A stretch of DNA of 64,000 nt, taken from Zootoca vivipara. Lineage: Eukaryota. Each line of letters begins with the position of its first letter. The first letter of the stretch is position 1. The notes under the pieces are model-generated. The model made no database searches, was not told the origin of the DNA, and worked only from the letters and a program-made list of their open reading frames with translations. Below are positions 25,320 through 37,917 of this stretch, piece after piece. Where the stretch lies: positions 85,560,001 through 85,624,000 of the forward strand of contig NC_083280.1 of assembly GCF_963506605.1 (NCBI RefSeq), read 5' to 3'. The position numbers were made by a program, and so were the translations under genes.

Positions 25320-26646
25320 GCACTGTGGCTCAAAGTATTTTTGTGGGGGGAGTTCAGTGGGTTTTAAAGCTACATGGCCCCAGGGTGTTGGCTCTTCAGA
25401 ATTGTTTGGCCATATTCAGCCTTGAGCTAGGCAGTGGGTAATTAAAAGTCTCCACACACTTAAGTTTACCTCCTGCCAATTAGCATTCTTTCCCAGCATC
25501 TTGCCTCATACTCCCCTTGCTTCCTGCTTCATTGTGGCCTTTCTTGCTTTCACTGACAAGCTTCTGCTTCAAACTTTCTGTGCAAAACAAAGCCACTATT
25601 GGCTTTGAAAAGATCTGTAGGGTGTGTGTTGGTAAATCTTCCCTAGTTATTGCAAGAAGAAAAAGGTTAAATCCTCAATTGCCCTTCATCCTCCTCCTTC
25701 ATTATTCTCTGATGTTTCCCTGTGACTGGGCAGCCACTCTGAAGACTTGAGACTTTTCTTATATTGCTATTGAACAAGGGCATCTAATTAATTGTAGAGC
25801 AGATTTTCCTAACTTTTCAGGTGTTTTAATAAATTGGATCCAATTCCATGTCTAGCCTTATTTTCATTTCAATAAATTGTTGTTGCTGCTGTTGTTGTTA
25901 GGGCTTTCTTTTCTTTTCTTTTCTTTTCTTATTGCCAGAGTTCACCGGAGCTCTGACACCTCTCAGGTGTGTGCCATTCCTAGAGAGAAGTTCATGGTGA
26001 GATCTGGCACCTCTTTTTCTAGAAAAACAGCTCTTGATGTTGTTGCTGTTATTATAAAAAAGTGTATGCTGCCCTATATCCCTAGATCTTAGGGTGGTTC
26101 ACAACATTAAGAACTGCAATATAAAGAACAAACAATGCATAATAAAAACATAAGCAAAGACAACCCAATAACCCCTGCTTCCACAGCACATTTTTGAAGG
26201 GCATTAGATGTCAAATCAGCCAAAAAGCCCGGTTAATTATAAGTAGTGTTACCATTTTTTTCAGTAAGTACATTTGTCATCCTTTATCTGCCTGTTCTCA
26301 TCTGAAGGATAGCAGCAAGCCTACTCATTAACATAACGTGGCAAGCCTTCCTACACCCTTCTTCCACAGATGGTTTAATGTTGTTCTTCCAATTCTTGGC
26401 TATAATTATTTTGGCAGCTATTAACCAAAACAAATTCAGTCTCTCTCTCTCTGTTGCATACTTATCTCCATTTAGGAGGACATGTGGTACAAACAGAACT
26501 CTGTTTTGTCTTTACCACCTCCTTTTATAACCCCATATCTCCAACCATTACCACAAACATTTATTTATTTTTTAAAAATCTGGGTTTTCAGTGCCTTATT
26601 TACCCATCCACAAGTGGTACTGTTTGCATATTTTTATTGTTTTAAG

Positions 26647-27385
26647 TGTTTGTTGTTGTTTAGTCATTTAGTCGTGTCCGACTCTTCGTGACCCCATGGA
26701 CCAGAGCACGCCAGGCACTCCTGTCTTCCACTGCCTCCTGCAGTTTGGTCAGACTCATGTTTGTAGCTTCGAGATCACTGTCCAACCCTGTCGTCCCCTT
26801 CTCCTAGTGCCCTCAATCTTTCCCAACATCAGGGTCTTTTCCAGGGAGTCTTCTCTTCTCATGAGGTGGCCAAAGTATTGGAGCCTCAGCTTCAGGGTCT
26901 GTCCTTCCAGTGAGCACTCTGGGCTGATTTCCTGAAGAATGGATAGGTTTGATCTTCTTGCAGTCCATGGGACTCTCAAGAGTCTCCTCCAGCACCAGAA
27001 TTCAAAAGCATCAATTCTTCGGCGACCAGCCTTCTTTATGGTCCAGCTCTCACTTCCATACATCACTACTTGGAAAACCATAGCTTTAACTATACGGACC
27101 TTTGTAGGCAAGGTGATGTCTCTGCTTTTTAAGATGCTATCTAGGTTTGTCATTGCTTTTCTCCCAAGAAGCAGGCGTCTTTTAATTTCGTGACTGCTAT
27201 CACCATCTGCAGTGATCATGGAACCCAAGAAAGTAAACTCTCTCACTGCCTCCATTTCTTCCCCTTCTATTTTCCAGGAGGTGATGGGACCAGTGGCCAT
27301 GATCTTGGTTTTTTTGATGTTGAGCTTCAGACCATATTTTGCGCTCTCCTCTTTCACCCTCATTAAAAGGTTCTTTAATTCCTCC
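26647..27385 (-). mobile_element. RTE-BovB LINE 3' fragment
   Basis: GLKLNIKKTKIM...EIKRRLLLGRKAMTNLDSILKSRDITLPTKV...WCWRRLLRVPWTARRSN.SIL is the BovB ORF C-terminus; (CAA)n tail; a small frameshifting deletion follows RRRGRQ. Confidence 0.95.
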
Positions 27386-28659
27386 TATATAATATCACTA
27401 GAGAGCATCTTATCAAAATGTTCTTTATTTGTAAAATTTAAGGAAGTTGTTAGACTTGGTTTACAAATATAGTGTTCCTGTATTAAAATATTAGTTCGCG
27501 GATTCTGTTTCCTTCTGTATTTATCATTTAGCTGTAACTTTTTTCCAATGAGATGTATGTGTCTTCTTAAAACCCAGTTAAAAACATACAGATTTGCATG
27601 TAACTTTTTGCCACCAGGTATATTTGTGGGTACTGGAAAACAAAAGATTGTTTGCTTCTCTTCCTCACCTTGTTACATGTTTGCAATCTCTCCCCCCCCC
27701 CCCCCGCCTTCAATCTTGTTGGTTTAGTTGGTTACGTTTTTTGGCTACAGAATAATCTCTCTGAAAATTCACTGACACAGTCAGTGCCGATTCCTTTTGA
27801 TAGTTGTCCCATAGGTTTATAATAATCATCTTTTTTATTATTGTTTGTGAATTCATGTTTTGATCTCTTTCTAACATGACCTGAGCTTTTAAATGCAGGA
27901 ATATCTTGCTGTTTTGTAACCCAACGAAAACACATAGTCTCTGTTTCCCAACTATGACACATTGCAGTTAGGATTTTCAGGGTGATAATGTTTTGTAATA
28001 TTTTGCATTGCCAAATCGTCTTCTAAAACCTTCTGCTGTGTAGCACTCATTTTTAGCTGTGAAGGCTTATTTTTTCCTAAATGAAATGACTGATTAGAGA
28101 CCGAATTAGTTTTAACTTCTGCTGTGGCATTCTTGTTACCATAGTTGGAAAAAAAAAGTATAGACATTTTGGCAGTACATTCAATTTTTTTGCAGCACTG
28201 CAGCCTTTTCCCCAGCCATTATATTTTTAGCTTCTTCAACTATGCATTTAAATCACATCTTACCAGTGTTTCTATATCGCCTTTAAGAAGATTATCCTTA
28301 TATACTGCAAACTATCCAGTTTTCCTTACCTTCTGCATAGCACTATTATTCCGTCCTTTTGCTGCAATCCTGTGCATGAAAGCCACACTGAAAACACTGG
28401 GAGTTGCTTAGAAGGCATCTTTGGAAAAAGAGGGTTAGGCCCTATGGAAACCCTGCTCCAACTGAAGAACCCACAGGAGACCAAAAACAGCCCGAAGAGC
28501 CGTATTTCAGAGATTTCTCACCTGGACTCCTAAGGATGCCATTCCAAGCCCTGTCTAGATCCTATATTCTCCCCCATTACCCCTTCCCCAATTACCCCTG
28601 GACCCAATGCAAAGCTCAGGGTCATAGAAGGTGTACCTGTTAGCTGCCAGAGTGTTCTA

Positions 28660-28852
28660 TTGTCAGGGCTGTAACATGGGAGAGAATCTTGGAGTAACTA
28701 TACTCAGTCTCTTCTGGACCTTTTCTGGGTGAACATCTCCCTAGCTCTCTCGTTCCTGCTCTGGAACTCACTGGTTAAACCCCAGATCTTCCTAGCTCTG
28801 TTCCTGCTTGCGTTCTGACTCCAACCTACCTACCCAGTGCTAGTCAGGGACA
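28660..28852. mobile_element. Possible degenerate LTR fragment
   Basis: TGTCAGGG...CAGGGACA termini and an internal duplicated CCTAGCTCT..GTTCCTGCT motif; boundaries uncertain. Confidence 0.3.
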
Positions 28853-28970
28853 TTAGGGTTGCAGCCTTATCTGTATGCATTCATAACCAAAACCTGACCT
28901 GTTTACTTTTAGACCCAGCTGTATTTCCAGATGCAATGACCTCATGGTCCACTTTTTGTCCTTGAAACTA

Positions 28971-29212
28971 TAGTGGTACCTCTGGTTAAGAACTTAATTC
29001 GTTCTGGAGGTCCGTTCTTAACCTGAAACTGTTCTTAACATGAAGCACCACTTTAGCTAATGGGGCCTCTTGCTGCCGCCGCACCACTGGAACACAGTTT
29101 CTGTTCTCATCCTGAAGCAAAGTTCTTAACCCGAGGTACTATTTCTGGGTTAGCGGAGTCTGTAACCTGAAGCGTTTGTAACCTGAAGCGTTTGTAACCC
29201 AAGGTACCACTG
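28971..29212. mobile_element. Tigger-like mariner MITE
   Basis: (C/T)AGTGGTACCT termini with TA on both sides; reverse complement of 58379-58612. Confidence 0.9.
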
Positions 29213-31185
29213 TATTAGTCTTAATCTACATCCAGTGTTTTCGAAACTCCCCTTGTTCTAGGCACAAGCAGTTTGAGCTCTGGGCGCAGTAGTACGCCTA
29301 AGATTTCAGATTGAAACTGCAGAGTGGGAGGAAAGGAGGACCTTTTTCTGCCTCTCCACTTCCAGCTGCTCTCTGAAGACTGGAGAAGAGACCCTCTTAA
29401 AGATATTAGGGGGGTGGGCATGGGAAGGACTAGGCCTTGTGAAAAATGAACATAATATTTTAGCTGTAGTACATTCATTTTCAGGCTTGTATTCTTATTA
29501 TAAAAAAGCACGCCTAGACATTCAGTTGTTGCACCCTAGGTGCCATTTAGCTCCTAGCTTTCATATCTCAGTTTCTAACACTGTCTATGTCACCCACACA
29601 GAGCACTAATTTCATAGCTGAGAGCACTTGCATATGGCAATGGAGAAGGCAGTTTAAGCATAAACAAATTGTGGGTTGCCTGTACCGGTGCGAGTTGGCA
29701 ACTTAGTAGAGTTTGAAATAGGGATTTTGAAAAGAAAATGTGATGCCCAGGTGTTGGCAAGATGATCGTGAATGTAGAATCATATGAAATCTTCTTTAAA
29801 ATGGATTTCCTTGACATTGGTTTTCCCTGCAAATGATGATAATTGTTGGGTTGAAGAGAGAGAAATCATTAGAATGCTGACACAGCCAAGTGTAAATTCC
29901 TGTGGGCATTGCAACTTCCCACATGGACTTGGTGCAAAGTTGCAAATTGTGAGTGCATAGTAGACTGATGTATACACAGGGTCTTGCTTTGGAGGCATTT
30001 GTTTGATTGTGTCTGGATTGTCAATGAATTTTCACATGTTATGTCTGTCATGTTATATTGGTCACAGGCCATTTGCTAGAAAACTCTTTCCCCTAACGCA
30101 GTTTCAAATAAACATTACCATGAATTTGACACTTGCCCCTTAAAACGTTAGCTGTTTATATATATATATTGCTGCAGATGCATACTTTAAGAGAATATAA
30201 TTGCCTGTGTTACAGATGAATTCTTGAGGTTGCAAAACTGTTGTGTTGGTCACATCTTTTAAAACAAAATAAAAACATTTAAACTACCTGTGGCACGCTT
30301 CTTGATTATTTTTGTAGGGAAGATCTATGTTAACACACAAATAGTTTAATGTTCATTGGAGTTCAAATAATCTTAACACCCAGTGTGTTATGTAAAGTTT
30401 AGTTCTGAAGGGTGGAATTGCTTTCTGGTTCTGTAGATAATTATCATGTTTTTACTGCTGCTGCTGTGGTATGGAGGTCTGAAACTGAATAATTTGTTTT
30501 ATTTCATTTATTTAATAATTTGTTTTATTTCACTAAGCTTGTGCCATGCCCTGGGATCAATTTTTGATGAAGGGTGGGCTCAAAATACTTTCAAATAAAC
30601 AAATACCACTGTCTTTGCCTGGGTGGGTACAGTTGCAGAACACACAGAGTCTCTCACACACATACACACAGCCATATTACAGTTGGGTGGAAGACCTGAC
30701 CTGACCTGTGAGATTGCTCTCATTATAATCTCTGCTGTGCTGTTCTTGCTGCATATTGCAGAATTGGACAGAATGCAACTGAAACAAATCCCCCTTTGGT
30801 ATGTGTGTCCCTAGGTGGGACTCATTTTTGCCTCTGTTCCTTGCAGCAGCAACAGAAATGCTACTAGTGTGTTAATGAGGAGCAGGGTGCTTTGGTTTCT
30901 CAGGGGGAGCCGACAAGAGCTGCAGACTCCCAAGAGGTTGGTAGCAAGTGGATTGTAGGTTAAGAAGTTCAAGAGAGCAGGTCGTAATCCATTTTGCTGT
31001 TTTTAAACTGTTGAGTCTGGCGAGGCGTGGAAAGCAGTTGTTGTTGTTGGGCAAGTTTAAGAGCCCTCTTGCTCTGTCTGTGCGATGGTTTCCAGCTGTC
31101 TCTTCTTTCATCTCCCATCTACCCCTGCATTTTCTGAAATGCTTCAGAAAGGTGCTGCATCTTTGTTTCTGAAGAGCCCTTAATC

Positions 31186-31826
31186 TAAGGTTACCAGATT
31201 TTTTTCAATGAATCCGGGGACACATTAAACAAACAAATAAATAAATACTACATGTTCGGGACATCGATGCTGCAGCGATGGTGGTGGCAGAGGGGCAGCC
31301 GCCGCCTTGACCTCAACTGCCACGTTTCCCCTTCCTCCGAGGCTTCTATCTCCTTTCTCCATGAGCCTGGGCAGCCCCTGAGTTGTTGGTTCTTCTGTGG
31401 TGGTGGTGGTGGCGGCGGGGGGGGAGCGGTGTGCGGTGGGTACCTAGGATTGCATGGAAGGTGGAGGAGAGGGGCCGAGAGTGGCGGTGGCAGCGAGGCT
31501 CGGGCAGCGCGATCCCTCCCTTCCCATCGGAGCAGCTCCAATCCCGTTCATACTTGCGTGCAAGCAGGAGGGGGTGGAGATCCCTCAGCTAGAAGGGAGG
31601 TTTCCCGTTGCCTAACTGAGAGAGCCCTGCCCCCTCCTGCTTGCACACAAGCTCTGATAGGCAACGTGAAGCCTCCCTTCCCAGAAGTTGGGAGGCTGCT
31701 CCGATAGTCTGCATTTCCCGGGGACATTAGATGAAATCCGGGGACATTCTGGGGATGGAATTTGTCCGGGGACTTATTCGCAAATCCAGGACTGTCCCCT
31801 GGAAACTGGGATGTGTGGTAACCCTA
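31186..31826. mobile_element. 641-bp hAT (Blackjack-like) non-autonomous element with GC/CpG-rich interior
   Basis: TARGGTTACCA TIRs; subterminal CCGGGGACA repeats; perfect 8-bp TSD CCTTAATC (31178-85 / 31827-34). Confidence 0.9.
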
Positions 31827-32289
31827 CCTTAATCCCATCCATCCTTCAAATGAATGTGTAATTGCACTGCTTTTTCTTAAGGGCAGAGTAAAATGATTTC
31901 TTTCTTTGGAAGCATGTGGAGGAAACAACAAACTTGAATTTGAGCTGTGGGTTAGTCAGGTGGGAAGAGAGATGCCTGCAAGCAGCTACTCACACCTGGT
32001 CACCTGCATCAAATGCGAGAATCGGCTCTGAGCAGGGGAACTGTACAAATGGAAGAACCAATAAAGTCGCTGCCCTAATAGGGATTATTTTCTTTATGGG
32101 CCAACATAGTTAGCTTTTAATTTTCGCGTGGCCAGTAATGCCAACTTTAGTCATAAAGCAGCAGGATTCTAAAGCTCAGGAAGAGGATTTCATGCTTTCC
32201 CTCTTATTGCAAGATGAAGCTGCCCAATTTGGCTTATGTTGACTTTTGTTTTTCAAACTTAGCACAACTCCTAAAATTATTCTCTACCG

Positions 32290-32323
<34 letters not shown>

Positions 32324-33099
32324 ACACACACACAGGTTTCTCTTATTCTTTTTCTACCTGCCAAGACATTTGTATGCTTTGCCTAAAGATGGAGACAAAC
32401 CAGGATGACAGTGGGGTTATATATTGTTAAGGATGGAGAACGAGCCATTGTTATGCTCCTCCTTCCCAGCACCCATAGGTGCAAACTCAGACCTGTGCAG
32501 CACTTAGCAGAGTCCCTCTGTCCCATCCCTTCCCATGCCATCCTAAAGCCTGTGATCAGTGGCAGACACTACGACTTCACCATCAGCCAGCCGTGTCTCT
32601 CTCTCCCATCACCCTCTTTGCCATCTATCCCAGTGAGGAGTTCTGGAGAACGTGAAGAAACTCCCCAACACTATTTTGTGACATTTATTTGGTTGGCCTA
32701 ATAAATATATTGCCCTAATATGGACGCGCAAGAGTTGTTTGCTTTTGTCTCTCAGGCTGCAAATGGTTGGTGGCAGATGGGCTAGGAGAAATAATTTCCC
32801 CCCTTTTTTTCCTGTGGGCGAGGCCTGGCAAATCCTGTTTGCCTCATCCTTTCCCCCAGTGGTTATCCCGCACAGAATCTGTTTATGTGGAAATGTGCGG
32901 GCCTAGAAAAGAGCAGACTTTGAGAATCATCAGAGAAGGTAGAATTAGTCACTGTAGCCAGAACTAGAGAGAAGATGGATGTAGGAATATTTAACTTTGC
33001 TTCCCCCCCCCCTTCCAAAAAAGGATTTGACAAATTCTTGAAGGGTAAGGCTTTCAATGACCACCAGTCATGATGCATTTTGCTTTGTATGTGAAAAGT

Positions 33100-33212
33100 C
33101 CCAGGTAGGGGACTTTCCCAGGTAAGGCAGGGAAAGATTCAGGGGTTGCCTGAAACCTTGGAGAGCCACTGCCAGTCTGTGCAGATAGTATTGAGCTAGA
33201 TGGACCAACGGG
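33100..33212 (+). mobile_element. Squam3-like SINE fragment
   Basis: GCCTGAAACCTTGGAGAGCCACTGCCAGTC.GTGCAGA.A.TA.TGAGCTAGATGGACCAA.GG, as in the squamate SINE body. Confidence 0.7.
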
Positions 33213-33334
33213 TTCCAAGTGGTGGACGTTTAAGTCCCTAAAAGTTTCCTTACTTGCTTCTTCAAAGGCTGCAGCACAGGGTGGGAAGTCTTGAGCAGAG
33301 AAAAATGGGAGGAATATATTGTCTCTTTGTATAA

Positions 33335-33368
<34 letters not shown>

Positions 33369-33522
33369 CCAGTGACAGTCCATGGATGCCAGTATGGCTG
33401 CCAGTACCTCCTGTGGTGTCTGCAAAAGGTCTCAGTAATTGTCCCCTCAAAAATACAAAACATTAAAATTACCTCAACTTCCTAAGCATCTGGGTAGGCT
33501 TGTTTAAACAAAGGTGTTTTTA

Positions 33523-34240
33523 GTGTTGCTGCTGACCTTTAAAGCTCTAAATGGCCTCAGTCCAGTATACCTGAAGGACCGTCTCCACCCCCATCGTTCA
33601 GCCCGGACACTGAGATCCAGCCCAGAGGGCCTTCTGGCGGTTCCCTCATTGCGAGAAGTGAGGTTAGAGGGAACCAGGCAGAGGGCCTTCTTGGTAGTGG
33701 CGCCCGCCCTGTGGAACGCCCTCACATCAGATGTCAAGGAAATAAATAACTACAGTCATACCTCGGTTTAAGTACGCTTCGGTTTGAGTATTTTCAGTTT
33801 AAGTACTCCGCAGACCCATCTGGAACGGATTAATCCACTTTCCATTACTTTCAATGGGAAAGTTCGCTTCAGGTTAGGTACACTTCAGGTTAAGTACGGA
33901 CTTCCAGAACCAATTACACTCATACTTTGGGTTAAGTACGTTTCAGGTTGAGTACTCCGTGGACCCATCTTGAAAGGATTAATCCACTTTCCATTACTTT
34001 TAATGGGAAAGTTCACTTCAGGTTAAGTACGCTTCAGGTTAAGTACAGACTTCCGGAACCAATTGTGTGCTTAAACTGAGGTACCACTTTTAGAAGACAT
34101 CTGAAGGCAGCTCTGTTTAGGGAAGTTTTTAATGTCTGATGTTTTATCGTATTTTTAGTATTCTGTTGGGAGCCGCCCAGAGTGGCTGGGGAGGCCTGGC
34201 CAGATGGGCGGGGTATAAGTAATAAATTTTTATTTTTATT
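33523..34240 (+). mobile_element. Young L2-clade LINE 3' end, interrupted by a MITE
   Basis: LTFKALNGLSPVYLKDRLHPHRSARTLRSS...WNAL; continues after the MITE as TTTAGAAGACATCTGAAGGCAGC...; same family as 15045-15395. Confidence 0.9.
33753..34088. mobile_element. Tigger-like mariner MITE with internal ~150-bp duplication, nested in L2
   Basis: TA|CAGTCATACCTCGGTTTAAG ... CTTAAACTGAGGTACCACT; two copies of GGATTAATCCACTTTCCATTACTTT.AATGGGAAAGTTC. Confidence 0.88.
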
Positions 34241-35264
34241 TTCATTATAGCAGGTGCCGAAAAGAGTACAGTGAAAGCTCCTGCTTGATATCAACAGGCA
34301 GGGAGTTCCAAAGTGTAGGTGCTGCCACACTAAACAACCCAAGTTCTTAGAAATGCAACATGTTCTCATGCTGCTCCTGAGGATCAATGAAATAATATTG
34401 ATTGGTGGCCTTTGTTTTAATTAAATGGCTTATAGATTTCTTGGACAAAATGCTTTCCAAAATGGTGTACCGAATGTCTGATGCAATGAGCTACTTATAC
34501 TCTGAAGGCTAGAGCTGGTGGACTGGAGGCTGGGTTACATAATGGGGTAAACTAAAATCTCGTGGATGGTTTATCAGATTTCTGCATTGCAGGGAGTTGG
34601 GCTCCTAGCTCTATGATTCTAAATCGTTATGTCGCCCCTTAGTGGTCAAGAAAGGCGTGTCTCTATGTAACTGAGAGCTCCTGTAGGGTTATTTGTTCAA
34701 ATTGCTTCTAAAAAGTTCAGATTTGGACAGGCGCTGGACAAGACATTTATGTGAAGATAAAGAAGTGTGGTAACATTGGATGTGGTTTGGGAACAGACCC
34801 AAAGCCGGAACTTGCAAGCAGCTCCTCATGTTGCAATTTTAAAAGCTTTCGTGCATGTCCCCAAGTCACACCCTCCCCTGAAATTATGTACAGATGTAAT
34901 GTGAGAACAAATCATCTGAAAAGATAAGACCCAGGAACAGAGTTGTTTTCAGACTCTCCCTATTCACGAGTCTTCTCTTTGAGCTTGTTTGTACATGCTG
35001 TTCCTCTGTCAGCTTGCTTTTCTTTGCCGCAGATGTCACTTGCGTGCGTTTGAAATATAAGACGAGCCCTCATGTGTAGTGACAAAAGTGTGGCCATGAA
35101 ACAGGAGGGCCGGCCAGTGTGATCTATAAAAGTGGTCCAAGAGAAAAGGGTACTCAGAGGTTAGCCCCACTGAGTTCAAAGGCAGCGACTCCTAGGTAGG
35201 TGCTTATTGGACGGCAGCCTTAGCAAAGAGAGTCTTGCAACAGTGATAAACATTTGCAGTCTTT

Positions 35265-35773
35265 GCTATTGTAGGCACAAAGATGGAAATATTAATTATT
35301 ATCAAGAATGGAAGAATGGTTGTTAAAATTAATGGACCTAGCTGAGATGGCCAAATTGACATGTTTAATCGGAGAAAGGTTAACATTTACTAAAGATTGG
35401 AAACCTCTCATAGACTTTTGCGTGAAAAAGGAAACGAAACAATGATTTGGGGATTGAAGATAATGTTGGTTTATAGAAGGTGGTTTTGTTGGGCGTTATA
35501 TTGGGGTGGGTGAAGTTTCTATATAGTGGACAGATGAAAAATCAGAAGTTGTTTAATTTCTGTATTTAATTTTTTCTATTCTCTTAAGTTACGGTATGTT
35601 CTATCTCTCTCTTGTCGTTTTTTCTCTTCTACGGTACCCCCTTTTCCTTTCCTTTTCCTCTATGTTTTTATTTTATTTAATGTTGGATTTAAAAAAAAGA
35701 TATTTGGTATTCAGGTTTGTATCTCTCTTTATAAACACTAAGAAAATATATACCAAAAATAAATTTTAAAAAC
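35265..35773 (+). mobile_element. 5'-truncated L1-clade 3' end
   Basis: AQRWK...EEWLLKLMDLAEMAKLTCLI, the L1 ORF2 terminus; TSD CATTTGCAGTCTTT (35251-64 / 35774-87). Confidence 0.8.
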
Positions 35774-36546
35774 CATTTGCAGTCTTTTCCTATTACTTGT
35801 GTAGGCATAGGAGAGCCTAGGTCTAGTGTCTCTTTTCAGAGAATACCTGACCGGTGTTGCTTAACTCCTGATGTACCTATAAGGAGGAGTGCTGTGGGGT
35901 TTTCTCCTCCCCCTTCCGCAGGCAAGCTAATACAAATCTGCCTTTAGCAACAGATGTGTAATCACACTAAGATCTGGTGACGTGTGTTCCGTGTTCCCGA
36001 GGCAGATGCAGCAGAGAAGTTTTAAGCACAGATTAAACTGCATTGCGATTGGAGGAGCCAAGTCATCTGACAGGAATGTATTGCATTTCAGCCCCCTGCT
36101 GCCGAGCTAGCGTGGTTTTTTTCCCTGCCATCTGGCACTTCCGTCCTTTTCTCAGTGGCAGCAAAGGGGCAGGTTCTAGGATTCTGTGATTGGCTACTAG
36201 GCTCTTAATTGCTTTGGGATATGGCAGGGTAGTATTTAAGCAAAACGGACACTTCCCAAACCATTACGCGATTTCAATCAATGCAGAAGTCCACAAATTT
36301 TGGCTGGGCTTGGTAGCCTGGTAGTGTTTGTAGCAGTTGGTGCAGCTTGGTGTCTGCTTCACAGAAGCAAGTGCAATCTCTTTCGTACCTGTGGCTGGAT
36401 AGTAGAGATGGGAGAGGTTGTCTGGCTCATTCCTGCCTTTGCTTAGCTTGTGTCCCTGTAATAAGATTCTTTTCCTACCAGCTTTCTGTTGATGTGCTTG
36501 ACATTTTTATATGTCCCCCCTCCAACTTATATATCACCTTGCAGTA

Positions 36547-36728
36547 CCGTATATTCCAGCGTATAAGACGACTGGGCGTATAAGACGACCCCCAACTTTC
36601 CCAGTTAAAATACAGAGTTTGGGATATACTCGCCGTATAAGAACTACGACCCGGCGTATAAGACGACCCCCGACTTTTGAGAAGATTTTCCTGGGTTAAA
36701 AAGTAGTCTTATACGCAGGAATATACAG
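36547..36728. mobile_element. Tc2/pogo-type mariner MITE
   Basis: TA|CCGTATATTCC.GCGTATAAGAC.AC ... GT.GTCTTATACGC.GGAATATAC; internal GCGTATAAGACGAC repeats. Confidence 0.88.
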
Positions 36729-37917
36729 CATTTTATATGAAAGTGCATCTGACAAATATTTAAATAAAAATAAATACACTGCTGATCTATCAAGAGTTCC
36801 TCTATCTCTGTGGATTTGACTTTCTTTAAGCTTCTGCTGAGGCTGTGTGTGTGTGTTTGTGTGTGTGTGTAATGTCAAAGTGGGATTTTATGAGGTTCAC
36901 ACAATTGTTCCTGTGTGAGTGCGAGTGAGTTGGGCTTTCCAGGCTTGCCCCCTCCCCCCAACTTAGAAGATGTATTTGTACTTAATGGGCGGCATCTAAT
37001 TTACTTGCTCTGTCAACACACAAGGTCTCCCCCCCCCTCTATGCCCAACCCACATCTACTCCAAAGGATTGGGGGAAACCCACAGAACAGATTTAGGGGG
37101 CAGAAGGAGAAGTGGGGAGAAAGTTCTGTTGTGGAAGCAGAAATCCTTGCACAGATTGAACAAGTTGGCTGGATACTGCCCAGTACCTTCACATAATCGC
37201 ACCTGGTCCTCCTTTTGCGATACTGGTTTGCTTCTGTTCATTTTGCATGCAGGCATTGTCCACTGCCTGCCCCGATTTCTCTCTTCCACCCAACCTTTCC
37301 TTGTGTACAGCTATTCCATAGTCATCGCTCTGCACCATATAAGAGTACGGAAGTTGCTGTGTTTTGGTAATAAGGCTCCGGCCACTTCCTCCTGTACAGA
37401 AAGGTACACCAAGCACTTACTTACAAATCCTGGGGCCACAGTGTGCCTTTTAAAAATACTCATTATCCTAGGTGTCTTGGAGCTGCAACTGGAGTGTTAA
37501 CTTAATTGCATATAGTGCTGAAGTGCAAACTCTACTCTTAGGAGAGTTGTTTCTGTCGCTGTTCAGGAACAGATCAGTAGCATGAAGTTAATGCAGCCCT
37601 ACAAATAAGTTTGCAAACGGCAACGAGTTCATAGGATGGGTCATCAACTGCCCATTCCCATATTAGTTGTTTGTGGTATGTCAACTGCTTGAAAATGAAA
37701 ACGACAAAAACCACCACAACTGAAACACCAGACTTTGTGCCTGCATATCTGGAAGCAATTCTGACTTGCTACCATAAGCAATCTACCAAGGAGCCATTTA
37801 TGTGCCTGGGCTACTTAGTTCCTTGGGTATTATTGATATCCATATGGCTTCCTTAACTTATAATCATGCACTTAACTATTTCTGAGTAAATTCCAAGAGA
37901 AGCAACAACATGAGAAA

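Noticed and set aside
26755-27363. 202-aa ORF as a host gene
   Set aside because: It is the C-terminus of BovB ORF2, 5'-truncated and frameshifted.
31248-31707. 151-aa GC-rich ORF or promoter CpG island of a gene
   Set aside because: Lies wholly within a hAT element with TIRs and a TSD; no transposase or other protein similarity.
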